Below are positions 39,782 through 53,233 of a DNA stretch of 64,000 bases, in pieces (position 1 is the first letter of the stretch; every line of letters starts with the position of its first letter). Position numbers and translations under genes: made by a program. The DNA lies in contig CAJNYD010000074.1 in NCBI GenBank assembly GCA_905331295.1, forward strand, positions 124,001 to 188,000. The letters are read 5' to 3'. This DNA comes from Rotaria socialis. Lineage: Eukaryota. The notes under the pieces were generated by a model. It made no database searches. It saw only the letters and a list, made by a program, of their open reading frames with translations, and was not told the DNA's origin.

Positions 39782-41001
39782 GTTGTTACCACAGCAGCAT
39801 TAGTTAATGATGCTAAAAAATTTGATGTCAATTGTGATGCCAATGCGCTTATGTCAATAGCTGAAACGCTCATATCTGGGCCAACTAGAGAGGATAACAA
39901 AAGGGTAGAATTCTTTTGTTATTCAAATAATGTCTTGATTTTTTTACCTGTCATAATACGACCTATGTTTGTCGTTGGTTGTTGAGTTGTATAACTGTTC
40001 ATTGATAATTGTTGTTGTTGTTGTTGTTGCTTGATCTAAAATAAATTTTTCATATGAAAAGATGATTATATGCTTTCATTTTATTACATGGTTTGTATTT
40101 GAATGATTATTATTGGTAATGTTATTGTTAAATTGATTACAATCAACAGATTTCCGAATAGGATAAATGGGAATGTGATTCGTTGTTTTTGTTGTTGGTG
40201 ATGTGATTTGCTGATGTTGTTGTTGCGGTTGCGGTTGCGGTTGTTGTTCACCTGATGGAGATGTTAAGTATTGAAAATCTGGTAGAACAGTAGTATTCGT
40301 ATTATTAAGGAATGTCATATCATGTCCATTGGTTGATGAACAATTCAGATTGCTGCTAATAAGAAACTAAATTTAAAAACAAAAATAAGATTTTGCATAA
40401 AAATCTTTCCAAAATAGAATAATATTTATTTACATTATTGACTGTGTCAGCAAACATTTGTTCAATATCATTAGTAAACGTACTACTTATGCCACTATCA
40501 GTTTGCTCGCCACTATTATCATCATGTTGATCCATAATTTCATTATCTTCACTAGTATTTGGTGTTGCTACTTGTGTTGGTTTTGATTTTTTATTTAATA
40601 TCTGTAAGAAAGCAAAGCATAGAAAAAGAAAATAAGATTTCGTTGTTTCTATCGAAAAATAAACTTACATCGATTATATCGACATTTGTACATGATTCAT
40701 GTGGTTCATTGTAATCAGCATATTTCAATAAAACTTTATCCATATCAGATGATGCATATTGAAATAAACGGTCATTGCTATTGAATATCATCAATGCAAT
40801 CTCGCAACCACACAAAACTGATAGTTCATACGCTTTTTTCATTAGACCAAATTTCCTTTTCGTAAATGTGACTTGGCGAGTGCGCTCGTCAATAATACGA
40901 GTTATATTAATTTTTTTACGGCCCATTATTTTTTTCGTTGATCGAGCACCGTTGTTATTCGTATTCTTATCTATTGGTGGCGTACCGTTGCTGTGTAACA
41001 T
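39417..41001 (-). CDS. MEF2: MEF2 MADS-box transcription factor
   Basis: [78 protein letters not shown]-rich exons; IKQEP SUMO motif near the C-terminus. Confidence 0.96.
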
Positions 41002-41239
41002 ACTCGAATACGAGTGTCTATTTTAAAAGACGGTTGCCGACCCGAATGCAAATTGAAATTATTGTTGGCACATAACCAATAATCGTGTAATTCTTTTGAA
41101 AAAAAAATTTATCAATTAGTTCATTTAGATTAATGAATGTAAAAATTGTGTATTGTAAATCCTTGACATTTTTATAGAAAGAGCACCCTTGCCTTAAAGG
41201 CTGCATGTTTAAAAAGAATTAGCTAATTTTTCTACAAAT

Positions 41240-41248
<9 letters not shown>

Positions 41249-41298
<50 letters not shown>
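41249..41298. repeat. Compound (TA)n(TG)n microsatellite
   Basis: Visible dinucleotide runs upstream of MEF2; other (TA)n/(AG)n runs near 4887, 9442, 10458 and 11646. Confidence 0.9.
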
Positions 41299-44200
41299 AA
41301 GCAGAACTGGCACAAGTGCACTATGTATATGTTTTTCTTGTGCTGTAGTCAGGATATTATGGTTCTCCTTATCTAGTAATGGATTTTTCCTCCCAAATGT
41401 ACATAGAAGAAAGATTGCTCGTTTTAGTTACTTACCAGAATCGAATCCTTTTAGCGAACAAACAACGGATGATGCCACACAAATATGCCTTGCTGCCTTT
41501 TGCGCTCGGCGAACCAGAATCAGAAAGGCAGATGGCTTCTATATATATGTATATCGGCGTCCCTCTCCCTCTCTCTTTTCCTCGTATATTATCCCATTTT
41601 TTTTTCTTATTCTCTCTCGTCTTTTCTCTGATATACACACAGGAAAGGATAACACTGAATGCGCTCTGACTGGCTTATACCTCTTGAAGATAATTCGACA
41701 AGACGGATCGTGGGCGTTCTTTACATCAATATATATAAGACAATATTTCTTGTAGTCTGATGCTTTGTCGTTCGATATACGTCCAATGGAACTAGAAAAA
41801 GAAAAATGAAGAGAAAATGATGATAAGCAGACGTTACGTGCTCTAGGAAGTAAAGGAAAAAAAGAAGGAGGTGCGACCGTACAGTTAAATGTGTATGCAT
41901 ACTATTCATTCCTTTTCCTTTTCTCATCAACACTCATTTTCAAGTCAATTAGAAGCGAATACATACGAAGATGAACTACTGCGCTATTTTCTATATTAGT
42001 TCTTCAGTCTAAGTGAGGAAAATGTACTCGCTTAGATATCAATCAGGCATTATGCCCGTCATCAGCAGTTGTTAGCCAATGACCTCTATGAGAAGTTATT
42101 GATGAGAAAAAAATTTCTTTTTTTTTGCTGAAGTTGACCTATTCATAATGAAGAACTCTGCAAGCTAAGTATCACATGAAAAGTATCTATACTGATGTAA
42201 CAGTGATCACTATTGAATGTTTTGACAAAATATTCTACTGTTTTGTTTTTCTTACTGAAACGAATACATTCGTTCGACTACGGTAAAATTGCTTGATGAT
42301 AACTAATATAAAAATAATAATCCTGCTTGATGACTAGAACGAAGCAATCTACAATGAAAATATGAAACAAAATGTAAACATAACTGAACATTAGATTAAT
42401 GTGCATACCATAATAATTGGATAAAAATTGAGCTTAGTCATACACGTTTTACTCTTCGAATAAGTAATGAACGCATAGATAGACATTAAAGACGTATGCC
42501 ATGTAAATACAGCTGTCGATCGTTATGATAAACAGCAACAGAGATTTTTCTTTCATTATCGTTATATTTATTCGGAGGCAACGAATAGGAATTGAAAATA
42601 TTCATTAGTTTAAGATCAAAAGACAAAAATCAATCTTATTGATTATATCAAACTATGTTTCTTTCGTTCCTCTTGAGACTAATCCTTGCTCATAAATCAT
42701 TTCAAGAATGAAAACTATGTTGGTCACGTAGACGTTATAGTAAACTAGAAAAGCAATGTTAGTTTTCTGACAGTTCTTATTTTATGCAACATCGATGGTT
42801 TATATCATTAATGCAAAAGAAATAAAGTTCGATATTGTTTCTTGGGTTTATTTTTCTAAAGAACATTTTTAAGAAATATATCACAGAAATCGCGATGCCT
42901 ACAGAAACGTATTTGTATATATCCCGAATATCAACAACCTTCGATTGAGTATAAAGTTTTGTAGTAAAAAAAACATCTTGTTTTATCATTGACATATGGT
43001 TCATCGTCTTTAAGATGAATAGATGTATATGCATATATATATCTCACATTTCATTGATGTAATGAAAGACGATTAAATATTGAGCAATCTTAGTGATATT
43101 CAAAGTTATTTCCAGCTGCAACGTGTTTCTCATCATATCACGGTAAAGCAGTATCAATATTACTTGTTGATATAAAAGCGTTGCGATTATTATTAGAACT
43201 AACTGCGATTTTTTATAATATATTGATGATGTATCATCATTACTATTGTTTACATTTGTTCAGCCCAATGGTGAACCAAATGATGGCGATGATGATGATG
43301 ATGATCATCACCATCATCAAACGCTTGAACAATGAATTTGATGATCTGATGGATACCATTGTGAGTTATGTGTAATAATTGGAGATGATGTGAATTTATT
43401 ATTTGTTGCAGATAATAAAAAGTAAAGAGTAATACTATTCTATTTTTTATTATCTGTAATAATAACTATCGTCTATTAGATAGGCTGATGATCTCTAGGT
43501 ATTGGCACTTCTATAGAATTCTATGTATGTAAAGAATTTAACAACAATTAAGAATATCCAAAATTCAACTTAATTATCTTGGAAGATGATTTTTTTCAGC
43601 TATATCATCGAAATTATTTCAAAGTACTAGAGTAATTCAGGTCACTCTCTAGAAAAAAAAAGAATAGAAATCCAATTGAATTGTTACATTACTTTGAATT
43701 CTTTCAACTCATTCAGTTTCACTTTGATCTATCCCAAGAGTGCAATCAGATCGTCTTTCACTATCTCTAAGGCCAACTACGCAATAGAACTCCTGCCATT
43801 TGAGCCTTTCAGCAAATCGAGCAAACATAACTATTCAATAGAATTCTACTTGACAATCGCACAGATGACGCATGTTTCTACTCAAACCGTCGACATTATA
43901 TTGGAAATTGAAGAATTAGATTACATTTTGAAATTCAATCAAATTTCTTTTCTGTTTCATAATTTGTTAGAAATTCTCTTATTTTCTTAATTACCATCGT
44001 TATCGATGAAGGCAAATAATAACGTTTCATCGATAGAATAATAAGACGAAATGTTCATTATATTGTATATAATTAATCTACACTAAGAATAAGAGTTTAG
44101 CACAAGGTGTTTCGAAAGTCTTCTATGAAACAAAACGTTGATATCTTCAAAAATGATTTATATGAGCTTTTCACAATTTTACACCACATTTTTTCCCTAT

Positions 44201-46984
44201 GCTCCTATTAACAAATACGAACATATATTCTATAGTAAAAGGCGTGTTTTGAAACATTTGGATAAAACTAATGTAGGCAATCTATCATGAGGTCATGGCA
44301 ATCTTATAATCGGTTCTTATATATATATATATATATACATATATAGATTAAATGTGTATGTTTCTCTGGAATTCCTATTAGAACCCTTGCCAATATGTAA
44401 ACAAGCGTGGAATATAAAGTTGACATGACCTGAGAGCACACTTAAGCTTGATGTTTCTAATTTTCTAGTGACATTCCTAAACGTGTGGTTAAAAACCTAA
44501 TTTAGTGTGTTGATGTTAATCATATGAGCCCGTTGGATTTATTAAAATTTTGTTTTAAAAACACTTTTGAGACGCCCTGTGCCACAGTAGTACATAGAGA
44601 TATGAATCAGTAGAACTTCAAGATTGTATCTATAAAAAATAGGTTTTACAAGTACAAAGTACATGTGAATTGAATTGAGATAGGCAAAAATAACATTAAA
44701 AAAATGTGAGTATGTTTCAAATAGAATATTTAGTAGGCGTTTAACGAGGAAAGCAAGATAAAATGAAAGGTCAATGATATTTGTAACATAAGTAGTTTTC
44801 AATCAAAATGTTCGCCGATTAAAATTTTATTCAACTCTATGCAATCTTTTCTCTTACTAATATTCTAAAGTATCATCATCTTTAGAGTATTCCTTATTAT
44901 AGATGTTTTTTCTAAAATCCTTTACACTAACAGTTAGATAATTACGTTTACCTAACTCTTTATTTCTTCAAACCAACACCAACTAGAATCCCTTTGACGA
45001 CTCCAACAACTCCTTTTTTCCGGTTGAGATACGTTACATACAATTCGTAAATACACGAGCGCTATCAACAACATGAATTACGTTGACATTGCTGCCAGTG
45101 CATGCAGAAATTGCATGTAGCTTATCTCGACCCTTTTTTCCATACATATGTTAAACCAATTAGTCCGTCTTATGACACAGATAACAGAAAGAAGATAGTT
45201 AGTGGTCAAAAATAGCGCCACTACGTAACATTAACCAGTGCCAATTTACTAGTTTTTATAATAATTTGACACACTAACATTATCATCTATTTGACTAATC
45301 ACATAAATGATTATCTTTGTCAAAATATAAATTTCTGTTTATCATCACCATCATCTAGAAATGGATTTGATTGAATTTCATAAGTTCCATTGATTGAATA
45401 ATTTCGGTTTGATAAATATCAAGTTATTATTGTTGTAGCGAATTCTGTTTAAATGTTTCTACCTCTGTCAATCATTCTTACTTGTCTGTTCTATGTTTTC
45501 CATCGATGATAATATATAACGATAAAGAAATATAATTCTTTTAATGGCTTATGCCTTGCTTTCTTACAGAAAATGATTGTATAATTTCTCTTGCATTTGG
45601 CATAAATGTTAAAATAATACTTTTTATACGGCTAAGATTTTTTAATGTTTTTGAAGAAATAATTTGTTAGCACAGTGTAATCACCAGATTTTCCTATCGT
45701 TTCTTCTTAATAGTGCCATCAGAAACATTTGTATCAAAATTTATTATAATATAAATAAATGAATACAAATCTTTTTTAATATTTTTTATCGGCCAAGAGA
45801 TACAAATATAAATATATTCGATAAATTTGCAGTATCACTAAAGTTTAAAGTTTAAAATTTATTAATCAAATGACTCATTATTAAGAGCTCAAAGAAAATA
45901 CTAGAATCAAAACTATTTAAAAATAAATCTAATCCTATAATCAATATCGTCTACAGCTTAAGATGAGACCAATAGTACTGACTGAGGTGTTATGTTATGT
46001 CTCGAAAATCAAACATTGATACATCGTCTTATTATCGCAGACTACTCCTATAAACATATTCTATTTTAGTAACCAACGCGTTAACTAAACATCAATCAAG
46101 TTTCGTAGAACTAATCTAGTCTGGCAAAGTACCGTTTCTAAGTCCAAAACATTACAATAGTAATATGTCTTCTTTATTTTGGAAAAATTGATTGCCGAAT
46201 GAAAATGTTAGCGTCTGTTATTTTAGTATCATTTATTTGCGCATTTGGTTGTCTGTCTCGTCTTGTTGTTTGGGTTATCACGGTAACATTTTCTCGATTA
46301 ACCCAAACAGAACTAATACAATCAAGAAAAAAGCAATAGGTTCATTCGAGCCTTAGTCATAAGAAAGTTTTGTTTTCTGATTATCGTCTCTTTGCTACTT
46401 TAATGTGGTATTTTTTGCAAGATGCTGTTATCATATTATCTGTATGAGAATAAATGAAGTGCATAATTGAAAGGAGAAGGACAGATTCATGACGGGTTAT
46501 ACAGTTAAACGCCTTCGAAAAATTAGAAGCATCGATCAATCTAGTTTAACATGCCGAGAGTTGAAACCGGAAAAAAAGAAATTAGCCTTTTTATATCTAT
46601 GAAGATAAGATTTTTTCGGAACTTCTCTTTAAGTATTAATGATTATAAACGAGACAATAATTTAATATAGCTACACTCACACCCACACTTATGCGAATTA
46701 TTGATATAATTGCGAGTTGATAATTAAAAATTTTTTCCATCGGTCTCAGTATAAAATATAACTATGCAAAATTCTCTAGAGAGAGAGAGAGAGAATATTA
46801 TCATATATTACTACTCCTCTCAGTAGTTGATGATGACAACTTTCATTATCGAAAGCATGATAAATGGAATTTATTGATTAGTAGCAAAAGTACTTTCTCA
46901 AAAACAAAAAAAAAGAATTTTCAAATGAAGTAAAATGCCAAATGGTTTACGCTGGAAAGAATATTCAATTTTTTTTGCTTATTT

Positions 46985-47451
46985 CTAACGACCGTGACCG
47001 CTGTTTATTTCATAGTTCTTAAATTCCACCCATGTTTTAATATCGGGACCTAGACATCGAAAGATGTGAAATAAAAAGATTGATTGAAATTATTCTTCAT
47101 TGTATAAATCTTACAATAACGTGATCCAGTTAATTTATTGATACTTGGTTCACAACGTTCCTCATATTTTTCAGATGCTTCTCGTTTTTGTTCTTCACAT
47201 TTAGTCTTGCCTGGATGAAAAATTGTTCGTTTTAAAAACTCAACTGCATTCTCACGATCTAAAAATTATATGAAAATAATAAATTCATCTATCAGTTGCT
47301 AAAACAAAATCTAATTTTCTAGTTCTTTACAAATAAGGACATGCCTAGTTTACTTACCAACATCGAAACCATCGTTATCACTGTTTAGTCGTGCTAATGT
47401 TAGTGTGGATAGAATGGCGATGAAAACGCAGAGAATTACGAATTGTTTCAT
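46985..47451 (-). CDS. Uncharacterised secreted prepropeptide, paralog 1 (100 aa)
   Basis: Exons 47451-47358, 47258-47115, 47049-46985 (303 nt): MKQFVILCVFIAILSTLTLARLNSDNDGFDVDRENAVEFLKRTIFHPGKTKCEEQKREASEKYEERCEPSINKLTGSRYCPDIKTWVEFKNYEINSGHGR*; TATA-like motif ~60 nt upstream. Confidence 0.8.
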
Positions 47452-48234
47452 ACTTGTTATTTCAATTTAAAGACAAGATACGAGAAATGCAAAGAGGTGA
47501 TAATGAATTTATATATCTATTTCGTACTGCGCCTAATATGCGAAGAGTGCCGATGATACTTCCTAGCGATAATATAATTTATTCTTTTATTGACGTAGAA
47601 ATCTAAGACATTGAAATTTTTCTCGTTTTTTTTCTTTTGTATTTCGTACGTAGGGTGGCCGATGAATAATAACAGTATTAATTGGCTTAAAGAATTCAAT
47701 TATATAAGAAAATATCTTTACATTCCATGTTATCAAGTGGATAGGAAATCAATGAGAAATTTATGCTTTAAGCCAAGGAAAAAATGATTTGTATATATGA
47801 TTTTATGGATGAATACGAAGGCTATTATTAGAGCATATACAATGTGCTGTTCGTCTTGAAACAGATCACTGGTGAATAAATAGTTTTTCTGTTTATTTAT
47901 TTTGTTCAAAAGAAAAATATGTCATATCGTAGAATATCATTTTTTTTCAAACTACTAGATGTGATAATATTCCGATCAGAAATCATATACATTGTAATTG
48001 AATATGTGTCAAGTGTATCTGAGGGTATTTGCTTTCTTTCAAAAATCTAATATGCATGTTACCTGTTGTGAATATATATATATATATATATATTTATATT
48101 GGAAGAAAACCATTCATATTTGTAAAATTGAAGTGCAGTATTTCGTTGATAGAATGCAATAACAATATATATATTTATTTTAATGTTTTAAAATATTTAT
48201 AAATTTCGATGCATTTAAAAAAACAAAAACGTCT

Positions 48235-48786
48235 GTTCCCTCGACTGTAGGGAGGGTCATATGACAAAAAATGCGTTTGTATGTTTGTGACAGGTCAAAA
48301 AAACATCCACTATCGCTGACGTTATTTCTAAGCTTATCACTTTTTTACTGAAAATTTACTATACGTTTTCGGGGTCGGGGAATCCGAATCTGGAGTCAGA
48401 TTTTATAAATTTTGGGTTCAGTTTTCCGGACGAAGGAAATGTTTTTTCGAGAAAGCGTTGATATTTCATAAAGGTTGACGAACGGAACTATCTCGTGGTA
48501 TAAATTGTGTGGACAAAATAAAAGCACAATATTTAATCGGAAGGAAATGGTGTTGATCGTGACGAAGCGAATGTAATAACGGGCATGCGTGACAGTGAAA
48601 ATATTATTGGAGAATTTTATGGACGGACAGGACAGAAGTAAAAAGTATATGTACAAAAAGAATATTATGTCAATGAGTACTTCATCGAGGACAAGGCCAA
48701 ATTAAAAAATATCATACTCCTCTTTTTATGAATGTAAAGAATTGAAATTGGGAAACTATGTGAAAGAAAGAGCACAATCCGTCGCT

Positions 48787-48843
<57 letters not shown>

Positions 48844-48844
48844 N

Positions 48845-48889
<45 letters not shown>

Positions 48890-49253
48890 CCCTTAAGAGC
48901 TACGTAAGAAGAAGCAAAAACATTTCGTTAAAGAAAGAATATTTGTGCTTGTGCTGCTAACTAGGTTGAGATTGCGTAAAAATGAATGAAAGCAACGAAT
49001 AGAGATTCTGACTGGCGTCGACATTTTGGTCTTGAATAGGAAAAGCATATGTGAGAAAATAATATTTATGTCTATTCTTGTTCCCTCGTCTGTAGGGAGG
49101 GTCATATGACAAAAAATGCGTTTGTATGTTTGCGGCAGGTCAAAAAAACATCGGTTATCGTGGACGTTATTTCTAAACTTCTCAGTTCTTTTTTTATGAA
49201 ACTTTACCATAGGTTTTCGGGGTCGGGGAATCCCGATCTGAAGTCAGATTTTT
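48235..49253 (+). repeat. Two diverged direct copies (~48235-48410 and ~49080-49253) of a transposon-like subterminal repeat around a poly-G/N/poly-C gap
   Basis: Shared gttccctcg.ctgtagggagggtcatatgacaaaaaatgcgtttgtatgtttg...gttttcggggtcggggaatcc..atctg.agtcagatttt with multiple substitutions. Confidence 0.75.
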
Positions 49254-49825
49254 AAATCTCAAAACGAATTTTCTAGATTTTAGTATGTTTAGGAAGATAT
49301 TTAGACTGTATCTAGTTTGGCCATAGATAATCGAGGTCTTAGAAGTTGTACTTCATTTTGGCTATGATAGTTTTGTCTTTGATTTTCGTAGAAAAACAGT
49401 GTTTTCGAGATTGTGAAGGATCATACAGGAATAACTGAATTTTGTTCTGGGATGAAGCGTACCTTTAATATCATTTCCAGATACGCTGATGACCAAATAG
49501 TTTCTAATGGGAATATTTTAGATCTATTTCATCTGGGAAGTGTTCAGTATTGAAATGGGAGTCGGCTTTCTGTTTGATGATACTTGATATTGAGAGTGGC
49601 GATTTTTGTTTCAATGCAGGTTCTCAGAAATGGTCACGCAGCAGTCTTTCTTAGAAATAGATTTAATGAATAAGTATTATAATTCACAGTGTCAAGTGAA
49701 GAGTTCGTGCCTGCAGAATCGATTGTTTATCAGAGTTTAACAAAACTGTAGTGGACTGGAGATTGTGAAATATGAGTACTGTGTGGTATGGGGGTTATGC
49801 AGAGCAGCAGCTGCTAGGCGTGAAT

Positions 49826-49857
49826 GGCGCCCCTATGGGGCGCCGACGAACGGCTAG
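49826..49857 (+). mobile_element. Helitron-like 3' terminus
   Basis: Perfect 8-bp GC hairpin GGCGCCCC-TAT-GGGGCGCC followed 9 nt later by CTAG; the next base is G rather than the usual T. Confidence 0.5.
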
Positions 49858-51099
49858 GTGGTGCTTTACTGATGGAGAGAATGGTCAGAAGCAATAGACA
49901 TACATAAATATACCTCGACTATCTAGATATAAGTGCTTTCAAAATTGTTCAAAATTATCATCGAATTCGAGTGTTACAATGAACTGAAGGATAAATTACT
50001 TCTAGGAGTCGCTGATCGGGGAACTGTATTCAATGGGAATCATACCCTGGTTGTTTTCGATTTCCTCGACTCAATGGAAGGTTTAGTTTCCTCGAAGCAT
50101 TCAAGAGGGTCCTTATTTTTGAAGAATAGGTAGCTTTTTGCAGCCTTTCGAAAGAGTGTTTTCATACTACTGTCTGATTTGTATATTAATCACTTAATTA
50201 TTTCGCAGCTTGTTCAAATAGGAGTTTCGATCACGAAAATTGAAATTTTTTTTCGCAGGTTGGACACGACTTATTTTATTTCCCGTTGAAGTTTTAAACT
50301 ATAGCTAACTATTTACCAAACAGATTTTCTATGATTCATTTCTAAGTTGAAAAAAGCTGGATGTGGTGTTGTAAAGTGGCAAGTTATACGTCCTTTATCC
50401 TGGATGCACAATAAAATGGCCACAAATATTGAGCAGGAACGCAGTTCGAAATTCTGTTGGATAAAAACTTTGGTGATATTGCTAACTGCATTTTTAAGCG
50501 GTCGTGGGCTCTACGTCTTCTCCGGATGAAGTTACAATGATTATCTGAAATAGTAGAATCCAACTATGTATTAGCTGTAGATCATGTCTACTTTGATAAA
50601 TCACGATGAAAGTTGTGCTGTGGGTGTTCCTTAATGCGGCCATGCATGTCTGAAAATTTCAGACTGTTCGAAACATCTTAAGTGGTATCATTCTTGATAG
50701 ATGAGGGATTTCAAGTGCATAAGATTACTATTCCTCTACCTATGCAATTGGTAGCCCTGCTTGTATGCACTATACGATTAGTATTAGCATGATATTGTAT
50801 ACATTGTACCAACTCTAGCGACCTGTTTATCCCTAAGTCACAGTGTGGTCAGTTGAAGTCAGGACAGATAGAAGCGTGAAAATGTGTATATGATACAGTA
50901 ATCTAGCATCAATTTTTATGTCAGGGTCTAAAATCATATCCAATTTTTTTCAAATACTGGAGAGTAGTGTTGTTGAAGCTTACAAAGCAATAAATAATAT
51001 CGGAAGAGCACGACATACAGTCGAGGGTCAAGCGAGTCTAAGCGACGAGCGTTACTTGTTTATTTTTTGCGTGAAAATCTTGACATAAAATACTAGATC

Positions 51100-51617
51100 T
51101 TTTTTGTGTACACAAAAAAAAAGTGAGTACGCTATAGAATCGGTCAGTGTGTCCGGTCATTTACACGATAACTCCTGAAAGGCTGATCCGATTATCATGA
51201 AATTTTGTACATAGCATTATCTCATCAATATTTCAGTCGAGTTCGAAGATGAAAGTAGTCTGTCAAGAAATGTCTGAGTTATCGAAAAAATTGTCATTAT
51301 TGACCAGACCATCCCTGAGGGGGGGGCGGTACAGGGATTTTTTCAAAAAAACTTTTTTTCTCAGAATTATTCACAACATATATAAATCGACTCAGTTTTT
51401 GACGCTGATTCAGAATCTGATACTAGTTTTGAACGAAATCGTAGCTTTCTAACGAAACATAGCCTGAAAACGGTCTCAAAATGCACACAAAACTGCATCC
51501 AAAAACCAAAGTGCCTAGTTTCTCATGACAATTTTGGTGTTCAGACATTCTAGAATGACTCATATGTCCCATGTACTTTTTGCAGTACACATAGCTCTCG
51601 GATGAAATCCGAAGTTT
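51100..51617 (+). mobile_element. HINE/DINE-1-like element, copy 2
   Basis: Homologous to 18865-19194 with an extra ~170-bp internal segment; 5' TTTTTGTGTAC, 3' CAGTACACAT plus hairpin TCGGAT-GAA-ATCCGA. Confidence 0.7.
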
Positions 51618-53233
51618 CCACATTTTCTTAGATTTATATTGTAGAATATCAAATGCTGCCCGGACTAAAACGTTCAAATAAGCAAAGAACTAGTTAGTTT
51701 CTACGAAAATCAACATTTTAAAAGTTGTCTTTAAAAATACAAAAAGCATTAAAATCTATGAGTGAAAATAAAAGTAGATGGCAAGCTGTTTAGATCAAAA
51801 TTTACTCATGAAAGCTTTTTCATTACAACTTATTTTACATGTGGAGCTTATCTTGATAAAAAAATGTGCAATTGACCGCAAGATTATTGTTCAAAAATGA
51901 TTTTTTTCGACTGTTTCTAATAATTTGGTAACATCTGTCTAATGTCACAATATAAAAAAACGAAAACGGCTCTTCGAATCACTTGTCTTAAGCAGTTAAA
52001 AAATGATTCGATATTTCGTATCGTAGATGAACCAACAATTTTTATTACACCAAATGGTTGACTGGAAGTTTTGCTGTTGTTAGTACGTTCTTTATTAAAA
52101 TATTTTCACTGTCGCGCATCAATTCAATCTTCACTCGTTCTATCATCTGTAACAAATTCCGTACTTGAATTTTTCTATCGTTATTTGATAACAAATATAT
52201 TTATTTTTGTTTTCATATGTATAGAAATAATTTCGTAGGACTTCTTACTTTTAGAATAACTAGAATTTAGTTTTATGTTTACGTGTACTTTACACCGAAT
52301 ATTATTGTAAAAAAGAAAAACGTTTATTCCCAATGCCATTATTTATTTTATAGTGATTTTGGTAAATATATTTTAATACAGCTGAAAATAAGTTTACTTC
52401 AGAAGTTTTAGTTATATACTTTTAAGTTTTCAGGAATAAATAGTTGTAGAGCGGCGACTAGTAAATGATTGAAATAAGCATTGAAAAATATGATTTAGTC
52501 ATGATGAATAATACGCTTGTGAAGATTAAATATTAAGAAGAAAAATATTATTGTTGTTCATCGATTTCATTTTAGCAAAAAACAAAAGAAATCCTGTTTG
52601 ATTCGCTTAATTCGAATATAGCCTATGATTCTTCCTCGTTTTGAAAAGGAAACAAGTTAAGCTTTCTACAACTTTATTAAAGAGCAAATAGTCTTGGCAA
52701 ACTTTTGATATCAAAGTAATATCACATATTTATTTTTCGAATTATTCATCTGATATCGTTCGCTAGCCAAGAATAATCAAAGTACGGTTGTACACCTACA
52801 CTTTCAAGCTCTTTTTTTCACAGCAATGGCACTCGATCGGAATAAATCTAACACAAATATTCTTCTATGTACCGGTGAAGTCTAAAGAGAAAGTGAGAGA
52901 GAACGAATAATGTCATTAATCATACCTGACACTAGTATTACCTCGCTTTATTGATCTCTAAAAACTACAACTTTTTTTTTCGGTTTTATGCGCAATCAAA
53001 ACACACGATAACGTATATGAAAAAAGAAAGAGTCCGAGAGAGAGAGAGAGTACAGGTAGGAGAAAAAATCCGACTATATCCAAATATAAAAGCCAAAGCA
53101 CCAAACGTTGATACAGCGCATTCATTTTCTTCATATTCAAAGAAGTCTACCATTAGAGTAAGTAAATGTTACATTTGTTGTGTTATATTCATATTGCTTA
53201 TAAATACTATGTAGGTGCATCTACAGAAATAAA

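Noticed and set aside
44952..45074. 40-aa minus-strand ORF MLLIALVYLRIVCNVSQPEKRSCWSRQRDSSWCWFEEIKS resembling a peptide precursor
   Set aside because: Very short, weak signal peptide and no similarity to the two supported paralogs; likely chance
48787..48892. Poly-G/poly-C tract and the 'poly-Gly/poly-Pro' ORF 48742-48960
   Set aside because: Homopolymers flanking an N are a sequencing or scaffolding artefact
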